Assembly (NCBI GenBank): GCA_002840675.1
Contig: PHBR01000002.1
Location: forward strand, 1-57,034
Source: Chloroflexi bacterium HGW-Chloroflexi-9
Lineage (GTDB): Bacteria > Chloroflexota > Dehalococcoidia > UBA2979
DNA: 57,034 nucleotides
Direction of reading: 5' to 3'
Below, piece by piece: positions 1-9,911 of this stretch; the stretch's first letter is position 1, and each line of letters begins with the position of its first letter. The position numbers were made by a program, and so were the translations under genes. The notes below the pieces were generated by a model. That model saw only the letters and a program-made list of their open reading frames with translations, ran no database searches and was not told where the DNA came from.

Positions 1-550
1 GCAGCCCGCGCAGCGTCCAGAGCGGCAGCCCAATGACCGCGCACTCGCAGCCTTCGAACCGCGCGACCGGGGCGAAGGCGGGGTCCTGGATCGCGTAGCC
101 CCCGGCCTTGTCGAACGGCGAGCCCGTTGCGATGAACGCCTCGATCTCCGCGTCGATGTACGGCCGCATCGTGACGTCGGTGGCGGCGTGTGCGACGGAG
201 GCATTGCCGTCGCGCGCGAGGGCGACACCGGTGACGACCTGGTGCGTCCGGCCGCGGAGCGTCGTGAGCATCGCTCGCGCCTCCGCGGCGTCGGCGGGCT
301 TGCCGAGCATGCGGCCATCCACCGCGACCACGGTGTCGCTCCCGATCACCAGGTCGCCGGGGCGCCGCGCGGCGACGGCACGCACTTTGCGCTCCGCGAG
401 TAGCGTCGCTACGCGGACCGGGTCGGGCTCCTCCGTGCTCTCGTCCACGTCGGACACGTCCACCTCGAACGGCACGCCGAGCGCCGCGAGCAGTTCGCGA
501 CGCCGGGGCGAGCCGGAGGCCAGGACGATGGTGCGGGCCGCCTCGATCAT
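1..550 (-). CDS. maf: Maf-like nucleoside triphosphate pyrophosphatase (septum formation protein family); 5' part, 3' end runs off the window
   Basis: Hand translation of the minus strand from ATG (548-550): MIEAARTIVLASGSPRRRELLAALGVPFEVDVSDVDESTEEPD... The LASxSPRR N-terminus is the Maf signature. Absent from the ORF track because the frame is open at position 1. Confidence 0.7.
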   Translation of the reverse strand, partial: MIEAARTIVLASGSPRRRELLAALGVPFEVDVSDVDESTEEPDPVRVATLLAERKVRAVAARRPGDLVIGSDTVVAVDGRMLGKPADAAEARAMLTTLRGRTHQVVTGVALARDGNASVAHAATDVTMRPYIDAEIEAFIATGSPFDKAGGYAIQDPAFAPVARFEGCECAVIGLPLWTLRGL

Positions 551-557
551 CGCGTCG

Positions 558-1859
558 CTAGGAGAGCACGCGGTCGAGGGTGGTGACGCACTCGATGTGC
601 TGGGTGTGGGGGAACATGTCCACGGGCTGCACCTCGCGCACGGCGAAGCCGCCGTCCACGAACAGCCGCAGGTCGCGCGCCAGCGTCGCCGGGTCGCACG
701 AGACGTAGACGACGCGCCGCGCCGTCGAAGCGACGATCGCCTCAACCACACCGGGGAACAGGCCGGCCCGGGGCGGGTCGATCACCACGACGTCCGGGCT
801 GGGGGTCATGCCGGGGAGGGTGTCTTCCACCTTCCCGACGACGCGCGTGACGTTGCTGAAGTTCACGAGGTTCTTCTGCGCGTCCACGCCGGCCGCGGCC
901 GACTCCTCGATGGTGATGACGTGCTCCACCCACCGCGCGAGTTGCGCGGCGAACGTGCCCACGCCGGCGTAGGCGTCCACCACGATCCTCGGGCGGACCG
1001 CCTGCACGCGCTCGATCACCAGCGACACCAACTGCTCCGCCTGGCGGGTGTTCACCTGGAAGAACGCCGGGCCGGAGATGCGGTAGGGCACGCCGAGCAG
1101 CTTCTCGACGTAGTGCGTCTGGCCGGAGGCCAGGCCCTGCGCCCGCTGGCCGGGCCGCCACTGGAGGTGCGGCTGCAGCATCTCGTCGTCGTTGTTCTCG
1201 GCCACGCGCACCGCCAGCTGATGCGCCTGCATCGTGCGGTCCTGCGCCGCCCTCAGCACCTCGTTCACACGGGGGAGGGCGATCGCGCATTCGTCGATGC
1301 GCATGAAGTGATGCGTGCCGCGCTGCATGAAGCCAATCTCGCCGTCACGGCGCACCGTGAAGCGCATGTGGTTGCGGTAGCCCCACGGCTTGTCCATGCC
1401 AAGCATCGGCTGGACGAGCGCCTCGACCTCCTCGGCGGAGAACCGGCCGATGCGCTGCAACTGGTCGCTGACCACGCCCGTCTTCAGGCGCAACTGCTCG
1501 GCGTAGTCCACATGCTGCAACTGGCAGCCGCCGCAGCGCCCGAAGTAGCCGCAGCGCGGGGTGACGCGGTGCTCGGAGGCCTCCAGGACCAGGACGGCGG
1601 TCGCCTCCAGGTAGTCGGCGCGGTCCGTGGTGATCTCCGCGATCACGCGCTCGCCGGGCAGGGCGAACTCCACGAAGACGACGCGGCCGTCCGGATGGTG
1701 GCCGACGGCCTTGCCGCCCGAGGCGAACCCGGTCAGGGTCAGTTCAATCGGGACCAGCGGCCGGTTGTGGGCCTTCCGGTCCTTCCGGTTACGTGGGTTG
1801 GGGATCGGTTCAGGGACGATCGAGGTCGGGATGATGGGGAGAGCGAGGGGCTGAGGCAT
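558..1859 (-). CDS. 23S rRNA (uracil-C5)-methyltransferase, RumA/RlmD family (TRAM + Fe-S Cys cluster + SAM methyltransferase)
   Basis: 433-aa ORF. Family hallmarks: Cys cluster CGYFGRCGGCQLQH, SAM motif VVDAYAGVGTF, DPPRAG, YVSCDPATLARD and HIECV near the C-terminus. Confidence 0.85.
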   Translation of the reverse strand: MPQPLALPIIPTSIVPEPIPNPRNRKDRKAHNRPLVPIELTLTGFASGGKAVGHHPDGRVVFVEFALPGERVIAEITTDRADYLEATAVLVLEASEHRVTPRCGYFGRCGGCQLQHVDYAEQLRLKTGVVSDQLQRIGRFSAEEVEALVQPMLGMDKPWGYRNHMRFTVRRDGEIGFMQRGTHHFMRIDECAIALPRVNEVLRAAQDRTMQAHQLAVRVAENNDDEMLQPHLQWRPGQRAQGLASGQTHYVEKLLGVPYRISGPAFFQVNTRQAEQLVSLVIERVQAVRPRIVVDAYAGVGTFAAQLARWVEHVITIEESAAAGVDAQKNLVNFSNVTRVVGKVEDTLPGMTPSPDVVVIDPPRAGLFPGVVEAIVASTARRVVYVSCDPATLARDLRLFVDGGFAVREVQPVDMFPHTQHIECVTTLDRVLS

Positions 1860-1961
1860 CCATCCATCCTACCCCGGGCACCCGGCGACCGCTGCTGGGG
1901 CCCGTCAGACTCGATACGATGCCGCTCTCGCCGCCGATCCCGCTCCTGAGAGGACGCCCGG

Positions 1962-3101
1962 ATGCCGCCTCGTGTCTCCGCCGCCGCGCTGAAGCCGCTT
2001 GCCGCGCTCACCCGGGAGATCGTCTCGATCCCGACCGGCTCCTTCAACGAGCACCGCGTCCACGCCGCCCTCGCGCGCTTCGCCGCCGACCGAGGACTGG
2101 CGTACCGCGAGGACGCTTCCGGCAACGGCCTCATCGAGTACAAACGCGGCCGGAAGACGCGCCCACTGGTCTTGGGCGCGCACACGGACCACCCGGGGTT
2201 CGTGATCACGGAGGTGAAGGGGCGCCGTCTCGGCCTGGAGTTCCGAGGCGGAGTCTCCGCCGAGTACGGCCGTGGCGAGACACTCCGCATCTATGGCGCG
2301 GACGGGGCCACCGGCACCGCCCGCATCACCTCGATCGGCACGAACGCCGCCCCGAACCGCTGGGCGCGCCGCCTCGCCGGTGCGCACGCCACGCTCGAGG
2401 CGGGGTCGACGGCGGAGGTCGGCGATCTCGCGCTGTGGGACGTGCCGGAGTGCCGCATCACCGGCCCCCTGGTGGAGGCGCGCCAGTGCGACGACCTGAT
2501 CGGGGTGGTGAGCATCCTCTGGACGCTGGACATGCTGGTGCGGCAGCAGGTGGACGCCCACGTCATCGGCCTGTTCACCCGCGCCGAGGAGGTCGGCCTC
2601 GTCGGGGCCGCGGCGGCTGCGGTCGGCGGCGTGCTGCCGCGCGATGGCCTCATCGTCGCCGTCGAGTGCTCCTCGGCGGCCGGGGGCCGGGCGGAGCAGG
2701 GCGGCGGGCCGATCATCCGCGTCGGCGACATCGGGCACATCTTCTCGCCGCGCATGTCGATGTGGATGACGCAGGTCGCCCGCGAGATGCAGGCCGCCGA
2801 CCCCGCGTTCATCTTCCAGCGGAAGTTGATGGACGGCGGCACGACCGAGGCGACCGCATACGACCTGATGGGCTACGAGACCGGCGCCGCGTGCGTGGCG
2901 CTGGGCAACTACCACAACATGGGCGCGGACCGCCGCATCGAGGCGGAGACGGTCCACCTCGGCGACATCGATGGCCTCGCACGTCTGTTCGTCGGCATGG
3001 CGCAGAACACGCGCCGCGTCGACGAGGTCCACAAGGCTGCACAGAAGCGCTGGGCGGGCATCGGCAAAGATGCCGCCGCGCGGCTGCGTGCGGGGCGGTA
3101 G
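1962..3101 (+). CDS. M42/M20-superfamily metallopeptidase-like protein
   Basis: 379-aa ORF. Blocks LVLGAHTDHPGF, QCDDLIG, FTRAEEVGLVGA, GGTTEA and GNYHN resemble the metal-ligand blocks of M42-type aminopeptidases. Family-level call only. Confidence 0.55.
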   Translation: MPPRVSAAALKPLAALTREIVSIPTGSFNEHRVHAALARFAADRGLAYREDASGNGLIEYKRGRKTRPLVLGAHTDHPGFVITEVKGRRLGLEFRGGVSAEYGRGETLRIYGADGATGTARITSIGTNAAPNRWARRLAGAHATLEAGSTAEVGDLALWDVPECRITGPLVEARQCDDLIGVVSILWTLDMLVRQQVDAHVIGLFTRAEEVGLVGAAAAAVGGVLPRDGLIVAVECSSAAGGRAEQGGGPIIRVGDIGHIFSPRMSMWMTQVAREMQAADPAFIFQRKLMDGGTTEATAYDLMGYETGAACVALGNYHNMGADRRIEAETVHLGDIDGLARLFVGMAQNTRRVDEVHKAAQKRWAGIGKDAAARLRAGR

Positions 3102-3106
3102 CCGTC

Positions 3107-3772
3107 ATGCCGCCGGGCGAAATCGGGCTGGCCGACCTCGTCCGCAACGGGACGATGTCGCCCGAGATCGCCGCGACGCTGGCCGTCGCCGCCGCGGAGC
3201 GTCGATCGCTGCTCGTGATCGCCGTGCCGAGGGGCGCCGGGAAGACCACGTTGCTCCGTGCCGCGCTTGCGCACCGGCCCGCCGGGATGCCGGTTCACGC
3301 CCTCCAGCGCTACGACGACGGCAGCCTGGGCATCCCCGTACGCCGCGACGGCGGCTACCTCTTCCTCAACGAGATCGCGGACACCGGCTTCCTCGACTAC
3401 TTCTGGGGCGAAGAGATCCGCCGCGTGTTCTCCCGTCTGGACGGCTTCTCGCTGGCCACCGCGCTGCACGCCCCCGGCGTAGACGCGGCGTTCGAGGTGA
3501 TCGGCGGGTGGAACCAGGTGCCGGACGAGCAGGCGTCTCGCATCGACCTCGCGGTCTACATCGAGGTCGGTGGGACGGCACGGGCGCCACGCCGGCGCGT
3601 CGCCGAGGTGCGCGAGATCGACGGTGTGCGAGACCGGCGGCCGTCCGGCCGCACGCTGCACCGCTGGCTCACGGCTGACGATCGCTTCGAGACGGTGGAC
3701 GCGCCCGTGCTCATCGGCTCCGCGACACCGGGCGGCATTGCGTCCCGCATCGCGGAGTTCGCTCGCGGTTAG
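3107..3772 (+). CDS. Short P-loop NTPase resembling the ATPase core of T2SS/T4SS-E (VirB11/CpaF-like) proteins
   Basis: In-frame ATG at 3107 inside the long 1919..3772 frame, 6 nt after the upstream stop. Walker A PRGAGKTTLL and a LFLNEIAD Walker-B-like block. About 221 aa, so it lacks the usual N-terminal domain. Confidence 0.5.
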   Translation: MPPGEIGLADLVRNGTMSPEIAATLAVAAAERRSLLVIAVPRGAGKTTLLRAALAHRPAGMPVHALQRYDDGSLGIPVRRDGGYLFLNEIADTGFLDYFWGEEIRRVFSRLDGFSLATALHAPGVDAAFEVIGGWNQVPDEQASRIDLAVYIEVGGTARAPRRRVAEVREIDGVRDRRPSGRTLHRWLTADDRFETVDAPVLIGSATPGGIASRIAEFARG

Positions 3773-4533
3773 CGCGCTGGGCTCTCCTGCTCGGCCAGGG
3801 CGAGCGTCTCCAGGATCGCCGGGGCGACCTGCTCCACGGCCTCCGCCGCGCCGGCGTGGTCCTTGCCCTCGAGCGGCAGGAAGCGGATGCGCGGGTTCAG
3901 TTCCTGCGCCCGCTTCGCGCCCTCGAACGGGGCGTCGTTCGTGCCGGCGTAGATCAGGATCGGCACCTGCGCCATGCGCACGGCCTGCTCCGCGCCGCCC
4001 CAGCGGGCGCCCTCGTCACGGCACGCCTTCAGCGCGGCGAGGTCGTGCTTGCCGGCCTCGAAGGCCGCCTTCACGGCGGCGTTCCGCTTCAGCGCGCCCT
4101 GGTAGTACGCGTCGAAGTCCGCGGTCCGGTTCGCGATGCGGCCCGGGTCCTGCATCGGGTGCGCGCCGCCGACGGAGATCGAGGCGAAGCGCTGCGGGGC
4201 GTAGATGAGCGTGGAGTAGCCCATCATTCCGCCCATGGAGTAGCCCACGTAGTGCGCGCGCTGCACGCCCTCCGCCTGGAGCACGGCGACCACGTCCAGC
4301 ACGCGGGTGCGGGTCTCGTACGCCTCGGGCTCACGGGGCTTGTCCGACAGGCCGTGGCCGCGCGCGTCCATGAGCAGGATGCGGTACTGGTCGCGCAGCC
4401 GGTCGACGTACCCGCGGGCGCGCCACGACTCGAGGTCGGCGAGGAAACCGTGGTGCATGATCACCGGCGGTGCGCCGGCCGTGCCATCGGTCTCGTAGTG
4501 GATGCGGACGCCATCGTTCTCGGCGTAGGGCAT
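3769..4533 (-). CDS. alpha/beta-fold hydrolase
   Basis: Start moved to the internal ATG at 4533 (MPYAENDGVRIHYE...). HHGF oxyanion motif, GYSMGG nucleophile elbow, C-terminal KDHAG histidine. Confidence 0.8.
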   Translation of the reverse strand: MPYAENDGVRIHYETDGTAGAPPVIMHHGFLADLESWRARGYVDRLRDQYRILLMDARGHGLSDKPREPEAYETRTRVLDVVAVLQAEGVQRAHYVGYSMGGMMGYSTLIYAPQRFASISVGGAHPMQDPGRIANRTADFDAYYQGALKRNAAVKAAFEAGKHDLAALKACRDEGARWGGAEQAVRMAQVPILIYAGTNDAPFEGAKRAQELNPRIRFLPLEGKDHAGAAEAVEQVAPAILETLALAEQESPAR

Positions 4534-4577
4534 CGTTCGCCTCCCTCGGTCGTGAGCGCTCCGGTCGGGCGAGGGGG

Positions 4578-5618
4578 CTAGACCTCGCCGACCGTCGGGA
4601 TCTTCTTCAGCTCGCTGATGATGTCCGCGATCTGGGCTTCCTCGTCCGGGTTCTTCGGCTCGGCGGAGAAGGAGATCGTGGTGTTGATGCCCGCGTACTT
4701 CTCCTTCATGCGCGTCGGGAGCTCGTCCCACGTCCCGATGACGCAGAACTCCTCCATCATGTCGTCCGTGATCAGGCCGACCATGTCGTCCCACTTGCCT
4801 TCGACGGACATGCGGTGCAACTGCGCCGCCTCGTCCGCCCAGCCATGGATCTTCATGACGTTCGAGTACGATCGCGTCGAGGCGTAGAAGGAGATCTGGC
4901 GGCGGGAGCGTTCCTTCGCCTTCGCGACCTCCTCCTCCGTCTTGCCGGTGACGATGAAGCCGCCGCCGCGCACCTGCACCTGCGACAGGTCCTTACCGGC
5001 GCGCCGGGCACCCTCGTGCACTGCGGGGATCAGGACTTCCTTGATGTACTTGAAGGTGCTGAAGCCGTGGATGGCGATGCCGTCGCAGACCTCGCCGGCC
5101 AGGCGGGCGTTGAACGGGTTCACCGCGGACACCAGCACGGGGATGTTCGGGTGCTCGATCGGGCCCGGGTTGAAGAACGGGCTGGTCAGCTTGTACTGGT
5201 AGAACTCGCCCTCGTAGTTCGGCTTCGTGCCGTTCTGCCAGGAGTCCCAGATCGCGCGCATGCAGTTGATGTAGTCGCGCAGATGCGGCCCCGGCGGCTG
5301 CCACGGTACGGAGAAGCGCCGCTCGTTGTGGCCCTTCACCTGCGTGCCCAGGCCCAGGAAGAACCGCCCGCCGGAGTACCGCGCGAGGTCCCACGCGATG
5401 TTCGCGGAGATGTGCGGCACGCGCGGGAACGCGATCGCGACGGAGGTGCCGAAGTGCATCCGCTCCGTGTGCTCCGCGACCAGTGTCAGCGGCAGGAACG
5501 GGTTGTGCTGGGTCTCGCCGCAGGCGACGGCGTCGTAGCCGAGTCGCTCGTACAGGCGCGCCTTCTCGGGGATCTCGCGCAGGTCGGTCCCGATCCCGGT
5601 GCTGACGCTCATCGGCAT
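4578..5618 (-). CDS. Luciferase-like monooxygenase (LLM) class oxidoreductase, probably F420-dependent
   Basis: 367-aa ORF with a probable start at MPMSVSTGIG (5618). Sequence has the look of an LLM TIM-barrel family (LGLGTQVKGHNERRF, HGFSTFKYIKE). Confidence 0.7.
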   Translation of the reverse strand: MPMSVSTGIGTDLREIPEKARLYERLGYDAVACGETQHNPFLPLTLVAEHTERMHFGTSVAIAFPRVPHISANIAWDLARYSGGRFFLGLGTQVKGHNERRFSVPWQPPGPHLRDYINCMRAIWDSWQNGTKPNYEGEFYQYKLTSPFFNPGPIEHPNIPVLVSAVNPFNARLAGEVCDGIAIHGFSTFKYIKEVLIPAVHEGARRAGKDLSQVQVRGGGFIVTGKTEEEVAKAKERSRRQISFYASTRSYSNVMKIHGWADEAAQLHRMSVEGKWDDMVGLITDDMMEEFCVIGTWDELPTRMKEKYAGINTTISFSAEPKNPDEEAQIADIISELKKIPTVGEV

Positions 5619-5788
5619 GGGTGATGGCTCCTCGTCATGGTCGCGCCGGCTGACTGGCGCGGCGGGTGTGTGCGTGCTCACGCGCCCACGGGCGGGGCTG
5701 CGAGGCGCGCGAATGGTAGCACTGGGGACGGGGCCGGAGCGGGGCGGGCGAGGTGGTGGTAGGGCAGGCCGCGAGCGGGCCGCGCAGG

Positions 5789-6403
5789 CTACTCGGCGTG
5801 CTCCAGGACGGCCCAGACCGCCTCTTCGGTGGCGGGTTGCACGCGGCCTTCACGCAGGAGGCGGACGACGAGGCGGCTGTCGTACCCCACGTCCCGCATC
5901 CGCTCCCGGATCGCCTCTACGCGGGAGTGATAGCCGAGGCAGACCGCGAGGATCAGTTCCCACTCCAGCGGCGTGCAGAGGACGCCGGTGGCGGGGGCGC
6001 CGGGGTGCGGCGGGGGTACCTCCACGCGCGTGCGCGCGTCCCAGAGCGAGGGCACGTCCCGCGGTACCAGCGACTCGTACGGGCCGTGAAACACCGGGTC
6101 GGCGAAGACGAAGACCGGCACGCCGTGGCGCATGAAGTGCAGCCGGTTGGCAGCGAGATGCGCGCCCTGGCCCCAGTCACACGGGATCCCGAGCATTTCG
6201 CCCAGGGCCTCCAGCGCGGCCTCGGTGGTGATGAACTCCAGGTTGGGGGAGGCCGCCTGTACGCCCTGGAGGCGGGCGGCGTTCGCGCCGATGAGCGCCC
6301 ACGGCGCGTCAGAACACGCCTCCTCGATGACGCGCACGAGCGGGCCGAGGATGGCATCCTGGTGCGACTCGGGGGCGAGGCCCGGGTCGAAGGTCACAGG
6401 CAC
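5789..6403 (-). CDS. hypothetical protein
   Basis: 204-aa ORF with coding-like composition and no motif I can assign. Confidence 0.45.
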   Translation of the reverse strand: MPVTFDPGLAPESHQDAILGPLVRVIEEACSDAPWALIGANAARLQGVQAASPNLEFITTEAALEALGEMLGIPCDWGQGAHLAANRLHFMRHGVPVFVFADPVFHGPYESLVPRDVPSLWDARTRVEVPPPHPGAPATGVLCTPLEWELILAVCLGYHSRVEAIRERMRDVGYDSRLVVRLLREGRVQPATEEAVWAVLEHAE

Positions 6404-6739
6404 GCTCCGTTGCCCTGGGGAGGTCGGGACGCGACCGTCGGGCGTTCAGAACACCCGGCGAAACCGGATCATAACGGGTGCCCTCGGTACGCGCTCCCGG
6501 CTCTGCGGCCCCTCGTTACTGTCCCTGACCCCCGTCTGGTCGCTCCTGGGGGCACCCGAGGCCCATCTGACGCCACCCCCGGCTGGATCGCCGCGATAGC
6601 CCCCGAGACGACATAACCAGCCAGCCGTCTGAGATTCGTCCGGCCAGCGCCGAACGCATCCGTTCGTTCCTCGTTTGAACAGTCGGACGGGGCACCTCCT
6701 GGCGGGGTGCTGCTCCGGACCACAGACGAAGGAGGAACC

Positions 6740-7900
6740 ATGCGCTTACGAATCTCCAGCAGAGTCCTTCCCGCGGCAGTCGCCGCGGGCGTGCTCGTGT
6801 TCGGCCTCGCCGGTGTCGCCTCGGCCCAGACGTCCAATCAGGCGCCCGTGGCACAGAACGACACCGCGACGACGAACGAGGACACGCCCGTCACGATCGC
6901 CGTCCTGGCGAATGACACGGACGCGGACGGGGACACCCTGTCCGTGGCCAGCGTGACGAACGGCACGAAGGGCACCGCCGCTGTCAGCGGCACCAGCGTG
7001 GTCTACACGCCGAACGCCAACCTGAACGGCTCGGACACGTTCACATACGTCGTCTCGGACGGCACGCTGACGGCCACGGGCACCGTGACCGTCACGATCA
7101 CCCCGGTAAACGACCCGCCCGTGGCGATCTCCGACTCCGTCACCGTGACGAAGGACACCGCGCAGGTCATCGCCGTCCTGGCGAATGACACGGACGTGGA
7201 TGGCGACGCGCTGACCGTCGCCTCGGTCTCGCTGCCGGCCCACGGCACCGCCGTCATCACTGATGGCACGAAGGTCACCTACACGCCGGCCGCCGGCTAC
7301 CTGGGTACTGACGCGTTCACCTACGTCGTGAGCGATGGCAGCCTCGTGTCTGCCACCACCGTGTCGATCACGGTGCAGGCCGCCACGGCGCCGCCGTCCG
7401 GCACGTCCGACAAGGTCGCCGCGGCGTGCACCGCGTACGCCTCCATGGACCAGGGTGTGTCCGCGCTCTGCTCCCTCTACCTCGGCAACCAGTTGCCGGT
7501 GTGGGCGCAGGAGAGCATTGGCGCGGCGATCCTGAAGCGCGTCAGCCACTTCAACAAGGCGGAGGTCATCTGCGCCGCCTCCGGCAACGACGCCACCGTC
7601 ACCGCGCTGTGCGGCATCTACGCCAGCTCCAGCGCGCCGGCGTGGCTGAAGAAGGACATCGGCAAGGTCATCGAGCAGTACGTGAAGGCGACGTCCAACG
7701 TCAGCACGAGCGACGACGATGACGATGACGACCACAAGGACAAGAACAAGTCCAGGAACAAGCAGAGCAGCAACCTCAGCATCGCCACGGGCAGCCAGGG
7801 CATCACGCTCTCGCTCCTCGGCAACGCTGATGACGATGGCGACGACGACGACAACGATGACGACGATGATCGCCGCAAGGGCCGCCACGGCCGTCGTTAG
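6740..7900 (+). CDS. Secreted protein with two cadherin-like/VCBS-type Ig repeats, a duplicated Cys-containing helical motif and poly-Asp tracts
   Basis: GGAGG 6 nt upstream of the ATG at 6740. Signal peptide MRLRISSRVLPAAVAAGVLVFGLAGVASA. Two repeats of the form APVAxxDxxTTxxDTPVxIxVLANDTDxDGDxLxV...FTYVVSDG. C-terminal runs DDDDDDDH and DDDGDDDDNDDDDD. Confidence 0.75.
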   Translation: MRLRISSRVLPAAVAAGVLVFGLAGVASAQTSNQAPVAQNDTATTNEDTPVTIAVLANDTDADGDTLSVASVTNGTKGTAAVSGTSVVYTPNANLNGSDTFTYVVSDGTLTATGTVTVTITPVNDPPVAISDSVTVTKDTAQVIAVLANDTDVDGDALTVASVSLPAHGTAVITDGTKVTYTPAAGYLGTDAFTYVVSDGSLVSATTVSITVQAATAPPSGTSDKVAAACTAYASMDQGVSALCSLYLGNQLPVWAQESIGAAILKRVSHFNKAEVICAASGNDATVTALCGIYASSSAPAWLKKDIGKVIEQYVKATSNVSTSDDDDDDDHKDKNKSRNKQSSNLSIATGSQGITLSLLGNADDDGDDDDNDDDDDRRKGRHGRR

Positions 7901-7987
7901 CCCTCGATAGCACCGCCAGCAGCAGGGGCGCCTCGCAAGAGGCGCCCCTGTGGCGTGTGCCGTGATCATCATCGAACGGGTCGAGGC

Positions 7988-8884
7988 CTACTCGACGGGC
8001 TCGACGGGGGCCTGCACGGCCGGGCGGAACCAGAAGTACGGCTCCCCGCGGCCGGTGGGCTGCAGCATGTCGCCCGGGGGCGTCGGCGCGCAGCCCAGGC
8101 TGAACCACGTCACGCCCGCGCCGTCCGGCGCCACCCACACCTGTCGCGCCTCGCCGTGCTCGAACGCGAACACCACCACGAACGTCGGGTCGATCTTGTC
8201 GTCGCCGGCCGCGCCCACGACGGCGTACAGGCGGAGGGGGCCCGGGTCGCCCTCGATCACCTCGCTCGTGAAGAACGCGTCGAGCTGCTCCGCCAGGCTC
8301 GTCGCCGGCAGCACCGCGCCGGGGCAGGCGCCGGCGGGCGGGACGTTCGCCGTCTCGGACGCGGGCGCAGCGAGGCGTGCCACCGCCTCGCGGTTGCCGC
8401 CGGTGATCGCGAAGACCACCTCGTCCACCACGGGGATGTCGATGCGCGTACCCGGCGGGTGCAGCGGCCCGACGATCTCGAAGGCGCCTTCACCGGCGGC
8501 GATCGTCGGGACCACGCTCTCGTCGGCGATCTTCACCCACCCGGGGTTGTTCACGACCCAGCCGATGCCGGTGAGCGCGATCCAGTTGCCGCCGGCACCG
8601 AAGCCGGCGACCGGCACCTCGGCGCCGTTGTTGAGCCGCCCGGCCACCTGGTAACTGGACCCGGGCCCCGTGCGCACGTTCAGGTCGTCCGTCGTGATCG
8701 TCGCCGTCGTCACGCCGGGCCACGCGAGCACGGGCGTCGCCTCAGGCGTGGGCGTGGGCGTCGAGGTCGCCTCGACGGTCGCCGTCGCTTCCGGCGTGGG
8801 GGTGCCGGCTTCGTCGCCGCCGCACGCCGAGGCGAGCGCGATTGCGACGAGGCCGCTCGCTGCTGCCAGCATCAGACGTCGCAC
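7988..8884 (-). CDS. Lipoprotein with SH3b-like domain
   Basis: Lipobox LASAC. Thr/Pro-rich linker. LNVRTGPGSSYQVAGRLNNGAEVPV is a bacterial SH3 (SH3_3)-type block. Confidence 0.6.
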   Translation of the reverse strand: MRRLMLAAASGLVAIALASACGGDEAGTPTPEATATVEATSTPTPTPEATPVLAWPGVTTATITTDDLNVRTGPGSSYQVAGRLNNGAEVPVAGFGAGGNWIALTGIGWVVNNPGWVKIADESVVPTIAAGEGAFEIVGPLHPPGTRIDIPVVDEVVFAITGGNREAVARLAAPASETANVPPAGACPGAVLPATSLAEQLDAFFTSEVIEGDPGPLRLYAVVGAAGDDKIDPTFVVVFAFEHGEARQVWVAPDGAGVTWFSLGCAPTPPGDMLQPTGRGEPYFWFRPAVQAPVEPVE

Positions 8885-8959
8885 GGGTCACCTCCGAGCC
8901 TCGATGGTGGTGGAGCGTCGATGGTACAGGTCACGGTGCGCGTGACGGGGTGGCGTGGC

Positions 8960-9805
8960 CTACGGGGGCGACAGGGTCGGCGTGCTGAACGCCGGCCGGG
9001 CGGCGACCGGCGCGGTCGCGAGGTGGCGCAACATCGCCGTCAACGCCGCCACATGCTCTTTCAGCGCGGTGTCGTTGCTCTGCCGCAGTTCCACGTCGAA
9101 GGCGGGGATGCGGAGGTGGTCCAGCGACACGATGAGCTCGCCGGTGATGGTGTACGCGCGCCACACGTCCAGGTAGGGAAGGCGTGCCGCAACGCCGTAC
9201 GCCGAGGCCAGGGCCACGGCCAGCGGCATCTGGTTCGCCTCCACCAGCGCGCCGCAGCAGTGCCAGACCAGCACCGCATCGGGCCGCGTCTCCAGGATGT
9301 ACTGGTACAGGGCGCGCGTCTCCGGCTCGGAGAGCGGCTCGGCGCCGCCGCTGGCGATCCCCGTCGAGGGGTGCCAGGCGAACGGCGACCAGTTCTTCGC
9401 CACCCAGTTGCGGTTCAGGTCCACGCCTCGGAAGTTGGTGTGAGTGCCGAGCGTGATGCCGTCCGGGTTCAGCGCCGGCAGCACGCACACGCGTACACCG
9501 CGGGGGATCGCCAGGCGCCCGGTGCGCAGCTCGTCCGCGACCTGCAGCCCGAGCGTGACCGTGACCGCTTCCGGCCCGGTGTGCACGCCGCCCGCGAGCA
9601 GCGCCGTGCGCCCGCCCGTGCCAAAGCACGACACGACGAGGTCCTGCCCCATCACCGACTGCCCGATGACGATCGTCTCGACCGCCACCTTGAGCGGGCC
9701 CGTCTGCGCCGTCACGGGCGCCGGCCGGGCGAGCACGATGATGACAAGCGCCATCAGCACGCCTGCGGCGAATGCGCTCGGGATGGTGACGCGTGTGCTC
9801 TTCAC
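8960..9805 (-). CDS. M14-family zinc carboxypeptidase-like protein
   Basis: N-terminal TM/signal segment. GGVHTGPE (HxxE zinc motif), LNPDG and GVDLNRNW blocks are typical of M14 peptidases. Confidence 0.7.
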   Translation of the reverse strand: MKSTRVTIPSAFAAGVLMALVIIVLARPAPVTAQTGPLKVAVETIVIGQSVMGQDLVVSCFGTGGRTALLAGGVHTGPEAVTVTLGLQVADELRTGRLAIPRGVRVCVLPALNPDGITLGTHTNFRGVDLNRNWVAKNWSPFAWHPSTGIASGGAEPLSEPETRALYQYILETRPDAVLVWHCCGALVEANQMPLAVALASAYGVAARLPYLDVWRAYTITGELIVSLDHLRIPAFDVELRQSNDTALKEHVAALTAMLRHLATAPVAARPAFSTPTLSPP

Positions 9806-9911
9806 GCCTCGGAGTGTGCCGAAGGAGGCGTCACACGGCCAGAACAGCCGCCGCTACGCGAGCTCATCGCGGGGCGCCCGCCGCCGCTCGTCATGCCGCG
9901 CTCCAGCGCGA

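Noticed and set aside
108-1949. 613-aa plus-strand ORF, the longest in the first 2 kb
   Set aside because: It lies antisense to the clearly recognisable Maf and RumA/RlmD genes. Its Ala/Arg/Gly/His-rich low-complexity product is typical of shadow frames in GC-rich DNA.
1919-3772. 617-aa plus-strand ORF spanning the peptidase and ATPase genes
   Set aside because: Only the last ~221 codons (from the ATG at 3107) look like protein. The upstream part is an out-of-frame shadow of the 1962..3101 gene.
7690-7870. Repetitive gac/gat-rich DNA as a possible tandem repeat or CRISPR-like array
   Set aside because: It is simply the coding sequence for the poly-Asp tracts inside a continuous ORF, with no repeat-spacer periodicity.
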